64,000 nucleotides of DNA from Cellulomonas sp. (GTDB lineage: Bacteria; Actinomycetota; Actinomycetes; Actinomycetales; Cellulomonadaceae), in the NCBI RefSeq assembly GCF_017744555.1, contig NZ_JAGIBD010000019.1, forward strand, positions 2,404 through 66,403, read 5' to 3'. Positions within the stretch are counted from its first letter, which is position 1. The number at the start of each line of letters is the position of its first letter. The position numbers were made by a program, and so were the translations under genes. Shown here in pieces: positions 1 to 10,260 of the stretch. Under the pieces are notes generated by a model, which worked only from the letters and a program-made list of their open reading frames with translations, made no database searches and was not told where the DNA came from.

Positions 1-334
<334 letters not shown>

Positions 335-1435
335 CTAACGTGTCGCGCCGGACGGACCGCGTGTGCCCGCACGGTAGGCGCCGGTCACGGCCGGGGCGAT
401 GAACAGCGCCTCGACCGCGCTGCGCGGGACGACCGCTCGCCGGCCGACGCGTCGGCGTTCCGACAGCAGGTGCGGCAGCAGCGTGACGCACGACGCGAGC
501 GCCCGCAGGCGCGTCCGCACGACCCGCCACGGCTGGCGGCGGCGCAGCGCCACGGACGCGGTGGTGAGCACGAAGGCGCCCCAGACACGCAGCGCGAACC
601 GCGCGGTCGCGTTCTTCGTCGTGATCGCGAGCCGGTTGCGGGCGTCGTGGAACCGGAAGAAGTCGCTGCCCTCCCGCGACGACGCGGCGTGCACGTGCGA
701 GACCACGGCGCCCGGGGCGTGCTCGACTCGATAGCCCGCGAGCCGCAGCCGCCACGAGAGGTCGGTGTCCTCGTAGTACATGAAGAGGCGCTCGTCGAAG
801 TACCCGACGTCGAGGAGCGCGGCGGTGCGCAGGATCGCGGCGGCCCCGCTGAACCCGAACACGGCGGCGGCCGGGGCGTGCGTCCGTGCGTCCGCGAGCC
901 ACCCGCGGTCGACGCCGAACCCGTCGGTGCGGACCTCGTTCCCGGTCGAGTTGACCAGCCGGACCGGTCCGTCGGGGTCGGCCACCCAGGTGCCGTCGGG
1001 CCCGTTGACCACGCTCGCCGGCTCGTCGTCGGGTGTGGCGGGCCGGAAGTGCTCGGCGAGCAGCACGGTCGCGGCCATGGCGGCCACCTGCTCGTCCGCC
1101 TCCCGCAGCGCGGTCACGAATGCGCGGACGAAGCCGGGCTCCGGGGTGGCGTCGTTGTTCAGCAGGATCACCGCGGGCGTCCGCACCTCCCGCAGGGCGA
1201 GGTCGTTGCCGCCTGCGAAGCCCAGGTTGACCTCCGAGCGCACGACGCGCACCCAGGGGTGCAGCTCCGCGACGCGCGCGGCGGTGCCGTCCGTCGACCC
1301 GTTGTCGACGACGACGACGTCCATGCGCACGTCGCCGAGCTCCTGTGCCCGCAGCCCGTCGAGGCATGCCAGCGTGAGATCGAGGCCCTCCCAGGAGACC
1401 GTGACGACGGTGACGTCCGCGGGCGACGTCGTCAC
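335..1435 (-). CDS. Glycosyltransferase family 2 (rhamnosyltransferase-like)
   Basis: VVVDNGSTDG, NLGFAGGN, LLNNDA, FDERLFMYYEDTDLSWR motifs; GTGA overlap with upstream gene. Confidence 0.88.
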   Translation of the reverse strand: MTTSPADVTVVTVSWEGLDLTLACLDGLRAQELGDVRMDVVVVDNGSTDGTAARVAELHPWVRVVRSEVNLGFAGGNDLALREVRTPAVILLNNDATPEPGFVRAFVTALREADEQVAAMAATVLLAEHFRPATPDDEPASVVNGPDGTWVADPDGPVRLVNSTGNEVRTDGFGVDRGWLADARTHAPAAAVFGFSGAAAILRTAALLDVGYFDERLFMYYEDTDLSWRLRLAGYRVEHAPGAVVSHVHAASSREGSDFFRFHDARNRLAITTKNATARFALRVWGAFVLTTASVALRRRQPWRVVRTRLRALASCVTLLPHLLSERRRVGRRAVVPRSAVEALFIAPAVTGAYRAGTRGPSGATR

Positions 1436-2532
1436 GACGCCACGTCCAGGTACACGTCGACCGTGCGCTCAGCGGTCCGTGCCCAGGTGAAGCCCCGGGC
1501 CCAGGCCTGGCGTGCCGCGCGTGCAGGCGCACCGTCCGGGACGGCGAGCACCTCGGCCAGCCCGTCCGCGAGCCCGTCGACGTCCAGCGGCTCGGCGTAC
1601 ACCGCGAGCGTGCCGGCGACCTCGTGGAGCACGGCGATGTCCGCGGCGAGCACGTGCCGGCCAGCGGCGAGCGACTCGAGCGCGGGCAGGCCGAAGCCCT
1701 CGTCGAGCGAGGGGAGCGCGAGCGCTCTGGCCCCCGCGACGACGCCGCGCAGCTCCGTGTCGCTCAGCCACCCCGTGAGGTGCACACCCGGCCGGTCGGC
1801 GAGGTCGCGCTCGCGGCCGGCGGGCCCGGCGAGCACGAGGTCGGGGACGTCCGGGTCGCGGGTGCGCAGCAGCGCGTGCGCGTCGAGCAGACGCCGCAGG
1901 TTCTTGCGCGGGTCGAGCGACCCGACGAACAGGACGTACTCGCCGGGCAGGCCGCGCTGCGCGAGCCAGGCGGCCGGCGCGGGGGTGGCGTTGAACCAGG
2001 CCTCCTCGACGCCGAGCGGCGTGACGGTCACCTGGTGCGGTGGGAGGCCGTAGTGCTCCCGGACGTCCGCCGCGACGACCTCCGTGGGCGTCACGACCTG
2101 CGCCCCGCGAGCGAGCGCGCGGGGGACGAGCTCGCGGTACAGCAGGCTCGCCGCGTCGACGGTCGCCGCGTGCCGCTCGTAGGTGAGGTCGTGCACCGTG
2201 ACGACCTCCCGCGCCCGGCGGGTCGGCGGGGATACGAAGTTGGTGCCGTGGAACACGTCGGTGCGCCCGATGAGGAGCTCCACCGGCGGCCACCCGCCGC
2301 GTCGCCACAGCGACCGCACCAACCGGGCGGGGACACGCCGGCCCGTCTGGACGACGCCGGGCGGGAGGCCCTCGACGGCGCCACCGCGGGCCGTCCACGT
2401 GGAGACCACGACCTCGGCGTCGACGTCCCGGCGCTCGAGTGCGCCCGGCAGGGCGGCCACGAGGTGCTCGACGTACCGGCCGATGCCCGTGCGGACGCCG
2501 ACGAGGGGCGTCGCGTCCAAGGTGATCCGCAC
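1432..2532 (-). CDS. Glycosyltransferase family 4 (GT-B)
   Basis: TGIGRY, VTVHDL, GSLDPRKN, EGFGLPALE motifs; start GTG 2532 or ATG 2541. Confidence 0.88.
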   Translation of the reverse strand: MRITLDATPLVGVRTGIGRYVEHLVAALPGALERRDVDAEVVVSTWTARGGAVEGLPPGVVQTGRRVPARLVRSLWRRGGWPPVELLIGRTDVFHGTNFVSPPTRRAREVVTVHDLTYERHAATVDAASLLYRELVPRALARGAQVVTPTEVVAADVREHYGLPPHQVTVTPLGVEEAWFNATPAPAAWLAQRGLPGEYVLFVGSLDPRKNLRRLLDAHALLRTRDPDVPDLVLAGPAGRERDLADRPGVHLTGWLSDTELRGVVAGARALALPSLDEGFGLPALESLAAGRHVLAADIAVLHEVAGTLAVYAEPLDVDGLADGLAEVLAVPDGAPARAARQAWARGFTWARTAERTVDVYLDVAS

Positions 2533-2690
2533 GTCGCACATGGTGCCACGGTCGCGTCGCCTCCCCGAGCCTGCCGGCGGGGTCGTCGGGGAGGCCCCGC
2601 CGGCGAGGTCGGGGCGAGCCGGGCAGCCGTTACGATCTTCCCGAGCCGCCGCACCGGGTGGTCCCCTTCGCTCGGACGGAGCGCCTCGCA

Positions 2691-3710
2691 GTGAGTGTCT
2701 ACGATCTCGAGTCGGTCGATCCTGATGCCGCCAACACCAGCCACGCGCTCGTCCTCGAGCAGGTCGGCACCGGGGCCCGGGTCCTCGACATCGGCTGCTC
2801 CACGGGCTTCCTGGGCGAGGTCCTGATCGAGCGCGGCTGCACCGTCGACGGGGTCGAGGTCGACCCCGACGCCGCGGAGATCGCCCGCAAGCGCGGCCTC
2901 CGCACGGTGACCGTCATGGACCTCGATCGCGAAGACCTGGCCGCCACGCTCGAGGGTCAGCAGTACGACCGGATCATCCTCGCCGACGTCCTCGAGCACC
3001 TCATGCGGCCCGGCGCGGTGCTCGCGGCCGCGTCGACGCTGCTCGCTCCCGGCGGTCAGATCGTCATCTCGGTCCCGAACGTGACGCACGGCTCGCTGCG
3101 GCTCGCGCTGCTGCAGGGCCGCTGGGACTACCGCGACACCGGCTTGCTGGACCGCACGCACATCAGGTTCTTCACGCAGGAGTCGATCCTGGCGCTCGTG
3201 GAGGAGGCGGGACTGCAGGTCGCCCGGCTGCGGTCGACGATCGTCGACCCGCTGGCGTCCGAGGTCGAGCTGGACCGGGACGCCCTGCTGCCCGAGATCG
3301 TCGAGTGGGTCCGCTCCGAGCCGTCGAGCTTCGACTACCAGTTCATCCTCGTGGTCGAGAAGATCGCACCAGGACAGGTCCGGCGACCGAGCCCGGCGCT
3401 CGAGCAGGCGGTCGTGCTCCCCGAGATGGTCGAGGCGGCCGAGAACGGCCGTGCGCTGCTGCTCGAGAAGGCCGCCCTCGCTGCGGAGATCACGTCGCTG
3501 CGCCGCAAGGTGCTCACGATGCGCGACCACGCGGTGGGAGCGGAGGCGGAGCTCGGGACGGCCCGACGCGAGCGGGCGATCATGGAGCGAAAGCTCGCTC
3601 AGGCGGAGCACGACGTCGCCGAGCTGCGGGCGTCGGCGAGCTGGCGCGTCGGCCAGATGGTCGTCGCGCCGATGAGCAAGGTGCGCCGTGCGATACGGGG
3701 CAGCGCGTGA
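2691..3710 (+). CDS. SAM-dependent methyltransferase with C-terminal coiled coil (putative glycan chain terminator)
   Basis: VLDIGCSTG SAM motif, ADVLEHL, GLLDRTHIRFFT; Ala/Glu/Arg-rich helical tail ending SASWRVG. Confidence 0.82.
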   Translation: MSVYDLESVDPDAANTSHALVLEQVGTGARVLDIGCSTGFLGEVLIERGCTVDGVEVDPDAAEIARKRGLRTVTVMDLDREDLAATLEGQQYDRIILADVLEHLMRPGAVLAAASTLLAPGGQIVISVPNVTHGSLRLALLQGRWDYRDTGLLDRTHIRFFTQESILALVEEAGLQVARLRSTIVDPLASEVELDRDALLPEIVEWVRSEPSSFDYQFILVVEKIAPGQVRRPSPALEQAVVLPEMVEAAENGRALLLEKAALAAEITSLRRKVLTMRDHAVGAEAELGTARRERAIMERKLAQAEHDVAELRASASWRVGQMVVAPMSKVRRAIRGSA

Positions 3711-5377
3711 CGGTGGTGGTTCGCGAGGCGGGGGGCAGCATGTCGGGGGAGATCATGGAGACGGCCAGGAGGACGACGGAGGCACCACGGACGGTGGGCG
3801 CAGGGCAGCCGACCCCGTTGATCACGATCCTGACACCCGTGTACGACCCGCCGGCGGCGGCCCTGCGGTCGGCGGTCGAGTCAGTGCGGTCCCAGGACTT
3901 CGACGCCTGGCAGCTCGTCCTCGTCGACGACTGCTCGCCCTCCCCGCACGTCGCCGCGCTGCTGCGCGAGCTCGCGGCGTCCGACCCGCGGATCGTCGTC
4001 CACCGGCGCACCGAGAACGGCGGGATCGTCGCGGCGTCGAACGACGCGCTCGAGCGTGCGACCGGGGAGTTCGTCGCCCTGCTCGACCACGACGACATGC
4101 TCGCGACGGGGGCGCTGGCCGCGATCGCGGAGGCGCTGGCCGACGAGCCGGACGTCGACTACCTCTACACCGACGAGGACAAGGTCAGCGACGAGGGCGA
4201 CTTCTACGACGCGTTCGTCAAGCCGGAGTGGTCGCCGGAGCGTCTCCTCGGTCAGATGTACACCGGTCACCTGTCGGTCCTGCGGACGTCGCTCGTGCGC
4301 GAGATCGGCGGCTTCGAGGTCGGGGCGGACGGGTCCCAGGACCACGACCTCGTGCTGCGCGTGACCGAGAAGGCGCGAAAGATCGTGCACCTGCCCGGCA
4401 TCTACTACCACTGGCGCGCGATCGACGGCTCGACGGCGCAGGACGGCGAGGCCAAGCCGTACGCGTGGGACGCGGGCGTGCGCGCCGTGCAGCGCAGCCT
4501 CGACCGGCAGGGGATCCGCGGGCGCGCGCGCCGCGGCCCGCAGCCCGGCACCTACCGGATCGCCCGCGAGCTCGACCCCTCGGTCAAGGTCAGCATCGTC
4601 ATCCCGACCCGCGGAGGGACGGCGTTGGTGTGGGGTGAGACCCGCTGTCTCGTCGTCGAGCTCGTCCGGTCGATCGTGTCACTGAGCGAGCACGAGAACC
4701 TCGAGCTCGTCATCGTCTACGACGAGCCGACACCCGAACCCGTGCTGGCCGAGCTGCGCGAGATCGCAGGGGACCGGGCGACCTTCGTGCTGTTCGACGA
4801 GCCCTTCAACTTCAGCGCGAAGTGCAACGTCGGCTACCTGGCCAGCTCCGGCGACGTGGTCGTGTTCATGAACGACGACATGCAGCTCGTCAGCCCGAAC
4901 TTCGCGGCCGAGCTCGCCGCACCGTTGTTCGAGAAGGGCGTCGGCGCCACCGGCGCACGGCTGCTGTTCTCCGACGGCAGCCTGCAGCACGGCGGGCACG
5001 TGTACGCGGCCGGCGACCTGACGCACGCCGGGTTCAAGGGGCCCGGTGACGACGAGGGGCCGTTCCGCGCCTACCTCGTCAACCGCGAGTGCTCGGGGCT
5101 GACCGCGGCGTGCATCGCGGTCACGCGCGCGACGTTCGAGGACGTCGGCGGGTTTAACGAGGGGCTCCCGGGAAACTTCAACGACGTCGACTTCTCGTAC
5201 AAGATCGGCTCACGCGGCCTGCGGCTGCTGTGGATGGTCGACGTGACGCTGTACCACTTCGAGTCGCTGACCCGGGACTCGACCGTGCACCAGTGGGAGT
5301 ACGACACGATCATGCGGCGCTGGGGCACGCGGGACCTCGACCCGTACCTCCCGGTGGGGTATCGCGCGGAGCTCTGA
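3707..5377 (+). CDS. Double-domain GT2 glycosyltransferase
   Basis: Two GT2 domains: ILTPVY...VDDCS...LLDHDD...YTDED...SQDHDL and VSIVIPT...FNFSAKCN...MNDD...FNDVDF; GTGA overlap with methyltransferase (alternative ATG 3740). Confidence 0.87.
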   Translation: MTVVVREAGGSMSGEIMETARRTTEAPRTVGAGQPTPLITILTPVYDPPAAALRSAVESVRSQDFDAWQLVLVDDCSPSPHVAALLRELAASDPRIVVHRRTENGGIVAASNDALERATGEFVALLDHDDMLATGALAAIAEALADEPDVDYLYTDEDKVSDEGDFYDAFVKPEWSPERLLGQMYTGHLSVLRTSLVREIGGFEVGADGSQDHDLVLRVTEKARKIVHLPGIYYHWRAIDGSTAQDGEAKPYAWDAGVRAVQRSLDRQGIRGRARRGPQPGTYRIARELDPSVKVSIVIPTRGGTALVWGETRCLVVELVRSIVSLSEHENLELVIVYDEPTPEPVLAELREIAGDRATFVLFDEPFNFSAKCNVGYLASSGDVVVFMNDDMQLVSPNFAAELAAPLFEKGVGATGARLLFSDGSLQHGGHVYAAGDLTHAGFKGPGDDEGPFRAYLVNRECSGLTAACIAVTRATFEDVGGFNEGLPGNFNDVDFSYKIGSRGLRLLWMVDVTLYHFESLTRDSTVHQWEYDTIMRRWGTRDLDPYLPVGYRAEL

Positions 5378-5415
5378 GCGCCGGGCGGTACCCGCGGTCA
5401 CCGTTCGAGCCACCC

Positions 5416-6612
5416 TCAGTGGGACTCGAAGAGCCCTTCCATGTACACGTGCCCGCGGCTCGTCGAGTCGGCGCGGACGCTGAACTGCGCGGCGACCGGC
5501 ACGTAGTGGATCTCGCTGCCGTCGGCGGCGCGGAGCGTCGTGCGGACGGCGTAGTCGCCCGACCCCAGGGCCACTCGGGGGAGCGTGAGCGTGTACTGCC
5601 TCGTCCCGAGGAGCGGCTCGAGCGAGACGCCCATCATCTCGTTCGTGGTCGTGTAGAGCGGGTTGCCGAGCGGCGTCGCGATGCCGACCTCGATGAGCCA
5701 GTCGCGGAGCTCGACGTCCGAGTGGACCGCCATCGTGATGACGACCGAGTCGCCCTCGTCGACGACCGGGCGACCAGACTCGCCGTCGCGTGACCGGACG
5801 CTGATGCCCGTGAACCGTGCCTGCGCCGCGACCTCGTCGGGCGACGCCGCCGCGAGCCGGGCGAGGTCGGCCTGCCGGGCCTCCTCGAAGTCGGCCCGCA
5901 GGACCATGAGGGCGTCCTCGGGGGCGCCGTCGGCCGCCACCCGTCCGCCCTCGAGCACGACCGCGCGGTCGCAGAACTCGGCGACCTGGTCCAGGCCGTG
6001 CGACACGAGGATGATCGTCCGGCCCTCCTTCTGGAACGTCCGGATGCGCTCGAGGCACTTGCGCTGGAACGGCTCGTCGCCGACCGCGAGGACCTCGTCG
6101 ACGAGGAGGACGTCCGGGTCGACGTGCACGGCCACCGCGAACGCGAGCCGCACGTACATGCCCGACGAGTAGAACTTGACCTGCGTGTCGATGAACCGCT
6201 CGATGCCGGAGAACTCGACGATCGCGTCGAAGAAGGTGTCCGTGGTCTGCCGGGACAGCCCGAGGATCGACGCGTTGAGGTAGACGTTCTCGCGGCCCGT
6301 GAGGTCGGGGTGGAACCCGGCACCGAGCTCGAGCAGCGCAGCGAGCCGGCCCCTGAGCTGCACCGAGCCGGTGGTCGGCTGGATGATCCCGCCGATCGTC
6401 TTGAGCAGCGTGCTCTTGCCCGAGCCGTTGGGGCCGACCAGGCCGACGGTGCTGCCGGCCTCGATCTCGAGGTCGACGTTGCGCAGCGCCCAGAAGTCCT
6501 CCTTGTGGAGGTTGGACCTGCCGAAGTTCAGCACGCGCTCCTTGAGCGACTTCTCCTTGCGGATGACGAAGCGCTTCGAGAGGTCGTCGATGCGGATGAC
6601 GGGCGTGCTCAT
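5416..6612 (-). CDS. wzt: Polysaccharide ABC exporter ATP-binding subunit with Wzt C-terminal domain
   Basis: Walker A GPNGSGKST, ELGAGFHPDLTGREN, YSSGMYVRLAF, VDEVLAVGD; ~140-aa beta-rich C-terminal extension. Confidence 0.92.
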   Translation of the reverse strand: MSTPVIRIDDLSKRFVIRKEKSLKERVLNFGRSNLHKEDFWALRNVDLEIEAGSTVGLVGPNGSGKSTLLKTIGGIIQPTTGSVQLRGRLAALLELGAGFHPDLTGRENVYLNASILGLSRQTTDTFFDAIVEFSGIERFIDTQVKFYSSGMYVRLAFAVAVHVDPDVLLVDEVLAVGDEPFQRKCLERIRTFQKEGRTIILVSHGLDQVAEFCDRAVVLEGGRVAADGAPEDALMVLRADFEEARQADLARLAAASPDEVAAQARFTGISVRSRDGESGRPVVDEGDSVVITMAVHSDVELRDWLIEVGIATPLGNPLYTTTNEMMGVSLEPLLGTRQYTLTLPRVALGSGDYAVRTTLRAADGSEIHYVPVAAQFSVRADSTSRGHVYMEGLFESH

Positions 6613-7517
6613 CACAGCTCCTGCGCGAAGTTGCTCTGGAGCCGGGCGAACGCACGCTGGCACAACCAGAGGAGAAGGACCCCGATGCCGACGGCGACGC
6701 CCAGCCGGGTGCCCAGGTCGGAGGGGACCGGCTGGCCGTCGCCCGCGACCCAGAACGTCTGCTGGAACCCGAGCACGGCGAGCGTGACCGGGTTCGCGAG
6801 GTACAGGGACTCCAGCGCGGACCCCTCGATGTGGTCGCTCACGAGCTGCCACGAGTACACGATCGGCGATGCCCAGAAGAACACCATGAGGAAGATCTCG
6901 ACGATGTACTGCACGTCCCGCAGGTACACGTTCACCGCCGACAGCAGCAGCGCGAACGCGGTTCCGTAGACGACGATGACCAGCAGCGACAGCGGGAAGT
7001 ACCACCAGCGCGCACCGAGGGGGAACTGGCGGGCGATCACGGTGGCGAGCAGCAGGATCACGAGCTGGATGCCGAAGTTGAACAGCGCCGAGCCGACCAC
7101 GCTCAGGGGGAAGACCTCGCGCGGGAGGTACACCTTCTTGATGAGGCCCGAGTTCATCACGATCGAGCCTGTGCCGATGAGCACGATCTCGTTGAAGAGG
7201 GTCCACGCGGTGAGGCCGGTGTAGACGAAGATCGCGAACGACGGGATCTGCTTCGCCGCGCCGAGGAACTGGCCGAGCGCGACGAAGTAGATCAGGAGCA
7301 GCGCGAGCGGTCGCATCAGGCTCCACGCGAACCCGAACACGCTGTCCTTGTACCGGGCCTTCAGCTCGCGGAGCACCAGCAGGTGCAGCAACTCGCGCTG
7401 GCCGACGATGTCGCGGACGCTCTGCGCGGTGCCGCGGAAGAAGCCGGAGGTGGGCCCTGCGGACCGCATCGGCTCGAGCGCAAGGGCCGCCGCACGGTCT
7501 TCCGCAGTCGTGTCCAT
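6612..7517 (-). CDS. wzm: Polysaccharide ABC exporter permease
   Basis: RELKARYKDSVFGFAWSL, LIKKVYLPRE, YLRDVQY, SPIVY; multiple TM helices; abuts wzt. Confidence 0.92.
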   Translation of the reverse strand: MDTTAEDRAAALALEPMRSAGPTSGFFRGTAQSVRDIVGQRELLHLLVLRELKARYKDSVFGFAWSLMRPLALLLIYFVALGQFLGAAKQIPSFAIFVYTGLTAWTLFNEIVLIGTGSIVMNSGLIKKVYLPREVFPLSVVGSALFNFGIQLVILLLATVIARQFPLGARWWYFPLSLLVIVVYGTAFALLLSAVNVYLRDVQYIVEIFLMVFFWASPIVYSWQLVSDHIEGSALESLYLANPVTLAVLGFQQTFWVAGDGQPVPSDLGTRLGVAVGIGVLLLWLCQRAFARLQSNFAQEL

Positions 7518-7699
7518 CTGTCCCCTCGTCACGTCTCGGTGTCCGGGCTGGCAACGAGGATCGGCCCCAGGGTAACCAACAACCGGCGAGCTCCCGAACG
7601 CCCCCGGCGGGGGGCGGCCGGCACGCCGATAGGATGCACGGCGGGCCGCGCGAGCGTCCAGCGGCGCCCGGTCGCACCCGCCCACCACCAGGAGGTCCC

Positions 7700-10234
7700 G
7701 TGACTCGTTCGCCCGCCGCTCCGGCCGAGGTCCGACCCGGGGTCGTCTCGGTCGTGGTCGTGAACTACCGCGGCGCGGACGACACCATCGTGTGCCTGCG
7801 GTCGTTCGACGACGTGGACTGGCCTGCGGACCGGCTCGAGCTCGTGGTCGTCGACAACGAGTCGGGCGACGGCAGCGCGGAGCGGATCCGGACCGAGCTC
7901 CCGGGCGTGACGGTCGTCGAGGCGGGCAGCAACTCGGGCTTCGCCGGCGGGTGCAACCTCGGCGTCGCCCACGCGACGGGCGAGTACGTGGCGTTCATCA
8001 ACAACGACGCGCGCCCGGCGCCGGGGTGGATCTCCGCGGCCGTGGAGGCGCTCGAGGCCGACCCGCAGGTCGCCGCCGTCGCGAGCAAGGTCCTCGACTG
8101 GGAGGGCACCCACGTCGACTACGTCGACGGCTCCCTCACCTGGTTCGGCATGGGCTACAAGCGCGAGGTCGAGCAGCCGGACTCGCCCGCGTTCGACACG
8201 GCCAAGGACGTGCTCTTCGGCACGGGGGCGGCCATGTTCGTGCGGGCCGAGACCTACCGCGAGGTCGGCGGGTTCGACGAGCGCTTCTTCATGTTCTACG
8301 AGGACGTCGACCTGGGGTGGCGCCTCAACCTGCTCGGGCACCGGGTGCGGTACGTGCCCGGTTCCGTGGCCTTCCACCGGCACCACGTGACGATGCGCAA
8401 GTTCGGGAACTACCGCGAGAGCTATCTGCTCGAGCGGAACGCGCTGCTGTCGATGTACAAGAACCTGGGCGACGAGGCGCTCGCGAAGGCGTTGCCCGCC
8501 GCGATGGCGCTCGCGGTGCGCCGCAGCGTCGCCCGCACGGACCTCGACGCGACCCAGCTCGACCTGCAGCGGTCGCCCGGCGGCGATGACGAGCCCGACA
8601 CGACGGTCCCGAAGATGGCCCTCACCGGCCCGCTCGCGATCGACTACTTCGTCGAGCAGCTCCCGACTCTCGCGGCGACTCGTCGCGAGCTGCAGGCGCA
8701 CCGCCGGCGCAGCGACCGGGACCTGTTCCCGCTGTTCCGGCAGGTCATGGAGCCGGCGTACCCGCAGCCGCACTACGTCGAGGGGTACGAGGCGCTCGTC
8801 GACGCGTTCGGCATCACGGAGACGTTCTCGACCCGGCACCGGATCCTCGTCGTGACGGGTGAGCCGCTGCTCGCGACGATGGCGGGACCCGCCATCCGTG
8901 CGTGGGAGCTGGCGACCGCGCTCGCCACCGAGCACGACGTGCGGCTGGTCTCCACGGTGGCCGCCGAGACGTCGCACCCGAGCTTCTCGGTCGAGTACGC
9001 CGGCGGCACGGGCCTGCGGGAGCCCACCGGGTGGGCGGACGTCATCATCTTCCAGGGGTTCCTCCTGTCGCAGGCGCCGTGGCTCGCTCGCTCGTCGAAG
9101 ATCCTGGTCGCCGACGTGTACGACCCGATGCACCTCGAGCAGCTCGAGCAGGCGCGCGACCTCGGTCCCGCGGGGCGGGTCGACGCGGTGCAGGAGACCA
9201 CCCGGGTGCTCAACGCCCAGCTCCGGCGGGCGGACTTCGTGCTGTGCGCGTCCGACAAGCAGCGGGACTTCTGGCTCGGCCAGCTCGCGGGCCAGGGGCG
9301 CGTGAACCCGGCGACGTACGACGAGGACGAGGCCATGGCCTCCCTGCTCGCGGTGGTCCCGTTCGGCATCCCCGACGCGCCGCCGGTGCAGCGCAGGCAC
9401 GCGATCCGCGGCGTCGTGCCGGGCATCGGGCCGGACGACAAGGTCCTGCTCTGGGGCGGCGGCATCTACAACTGGTTCGACCCGGTGACCCTCATCCGCG
9501 CGGTCGGCCGCCTCGCGAAGGAGCACCCCGAGATCCGGCTGTTCTTCATGGGCCTCAAGCACCCGAACCCGGGCGTCCCGGCGATGCGCGTGGCGTCCGA
9601 GGCGCGTGAGGTCGCCGAGGAGCTCGGTCTCGTGGGCACGCACGTGTTCTTCAACGAGGGCTGGGTCCCGTACGACGAGCGTGCCGACTACTTGCTCGAC
9701 GCGGACGTCGGGGTCTCGACGCACCACCACCACATCGAGACCGCGTTCAGCTTCCGCACGCGCATCCTCGACTATCTGTGGGCGTCGCTGCCCATCGTGT
9801 CGACCACGGGTGACACGTTCGGCGACCTCGTCGAGCGGCACGGACTGGGCCGGACGGTGCCGCCGGGCGACGTCGAGGCGCTCCAGGCCGCGCTCGAGGA
9901 GATGCTGTACGACGAGGACGCCGCGGCCCGCGCCAAGGACGCCGTCCGGCGCTTCGCTCGCTCCTACCGGTGGAGCACGGTGCTCGAGCCGGTGCTCGAG
10001 TTCTGCCGGTTCCCCCGCCGTGCCGCGGACCTCGCCGCCGCGCTCCCGGAGGTGCAGCTCAAGCGGCGCCCGCCGCGCGGACCCCGCCTGTCGATCCGGT
10101 CCGACGTGGCGCTCGCGCGCAAGTACCTCGCGGAGGGCGGCCCGTCCGAGCTCGTGCGGCGCGCCCGGGGCCGGGTCGGCAGGATCCGCAACCCGCAGCA
10201 GGACGACGGCGCGGAGCAGCTGCCGCCGCTGTAG
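7700..10234 (+). CDS. Bifunctional glycosyltransferase (N-terminal GT2 + C-terminal GT4-like)
   Basis: GT2 motifs VVDNES, FINND, FFMFYEDVDLGWR; second domain MAGPAIRA...WGGGIYNWFDP...FRTRILDYLWA; AGGAGG RBS before GTG 7700. Confidence 0.87.
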   Translation: MTRSPAAPAEVRPGVVSVVVVNYRGADDTIVCLRSFDDVDWPADRLELVVVDNESGDGSAERIRTELPGVTVVEAGSNSGFAGGCNLGVAHATGEYVAFINNDARPAPGWISAAVEALEADPQVAAVASKVLDWEGTHVDYVDGSLTWFGMGYKREVEQPDSPAFDTAKDVLFGTGAAMFVRAETYREVGGFDERFFMFYEDVDLGWRLNLLGHRVRYVPGSVAFHRHHVTMRKFGNYRESYLLERNALLSMYKNLGDEALAKALPAAMALAVRRSVARTDLDATQLDLQRSPGGDDEPDTTVPKMALTGPLAIDYFVEQLPTLAATRRELQAHRRRSDRDLFPLFRQVMEPAYPQPHYVEGYEALVDAFGITETFSTRHRILVVTGEPLLATMAGPAIRAWELATALATEHDVRLVSTVAAETSHPSFSVEYAGGTGLREPTGWADVIIFQGFLLSQAPWLARSSKILVADVYDPMHLEQLEQARDLGPAGRVDAVQETTRVLNAQLRRADFVLCASDKQRDFWLGQLAGQGRVNPATYDEDEAMASLLAVVPFGIPDAPPVQRRHAIRGVVPGIGPDDKVLLWGGGIYNWFDPVTLIRAVGRLAKEHPEIRLFFMGLKHPNPGVPAMRVASEAREVAEELGLVGTHVFFNEGWVPYDERADYLLDADVGVSTHHHHIETAFSFRTRILDYLWASLPIVSTTGDTFGDLVERHGLGRTVPPGDVEALQAALEEMLYDEDAAARAKDAVRRFARSYRWSTVLEPVLEFCRFPRRAADLAAALPEVQLKRRPPRGPRLSIRSDVALARKYLAEGGPSELVRRARGRVGRIRNPQQDDGAEQLPPL

Positions 10235-10260
10235 CCGGGAGCAGCCGGGACCGGTCGAGG

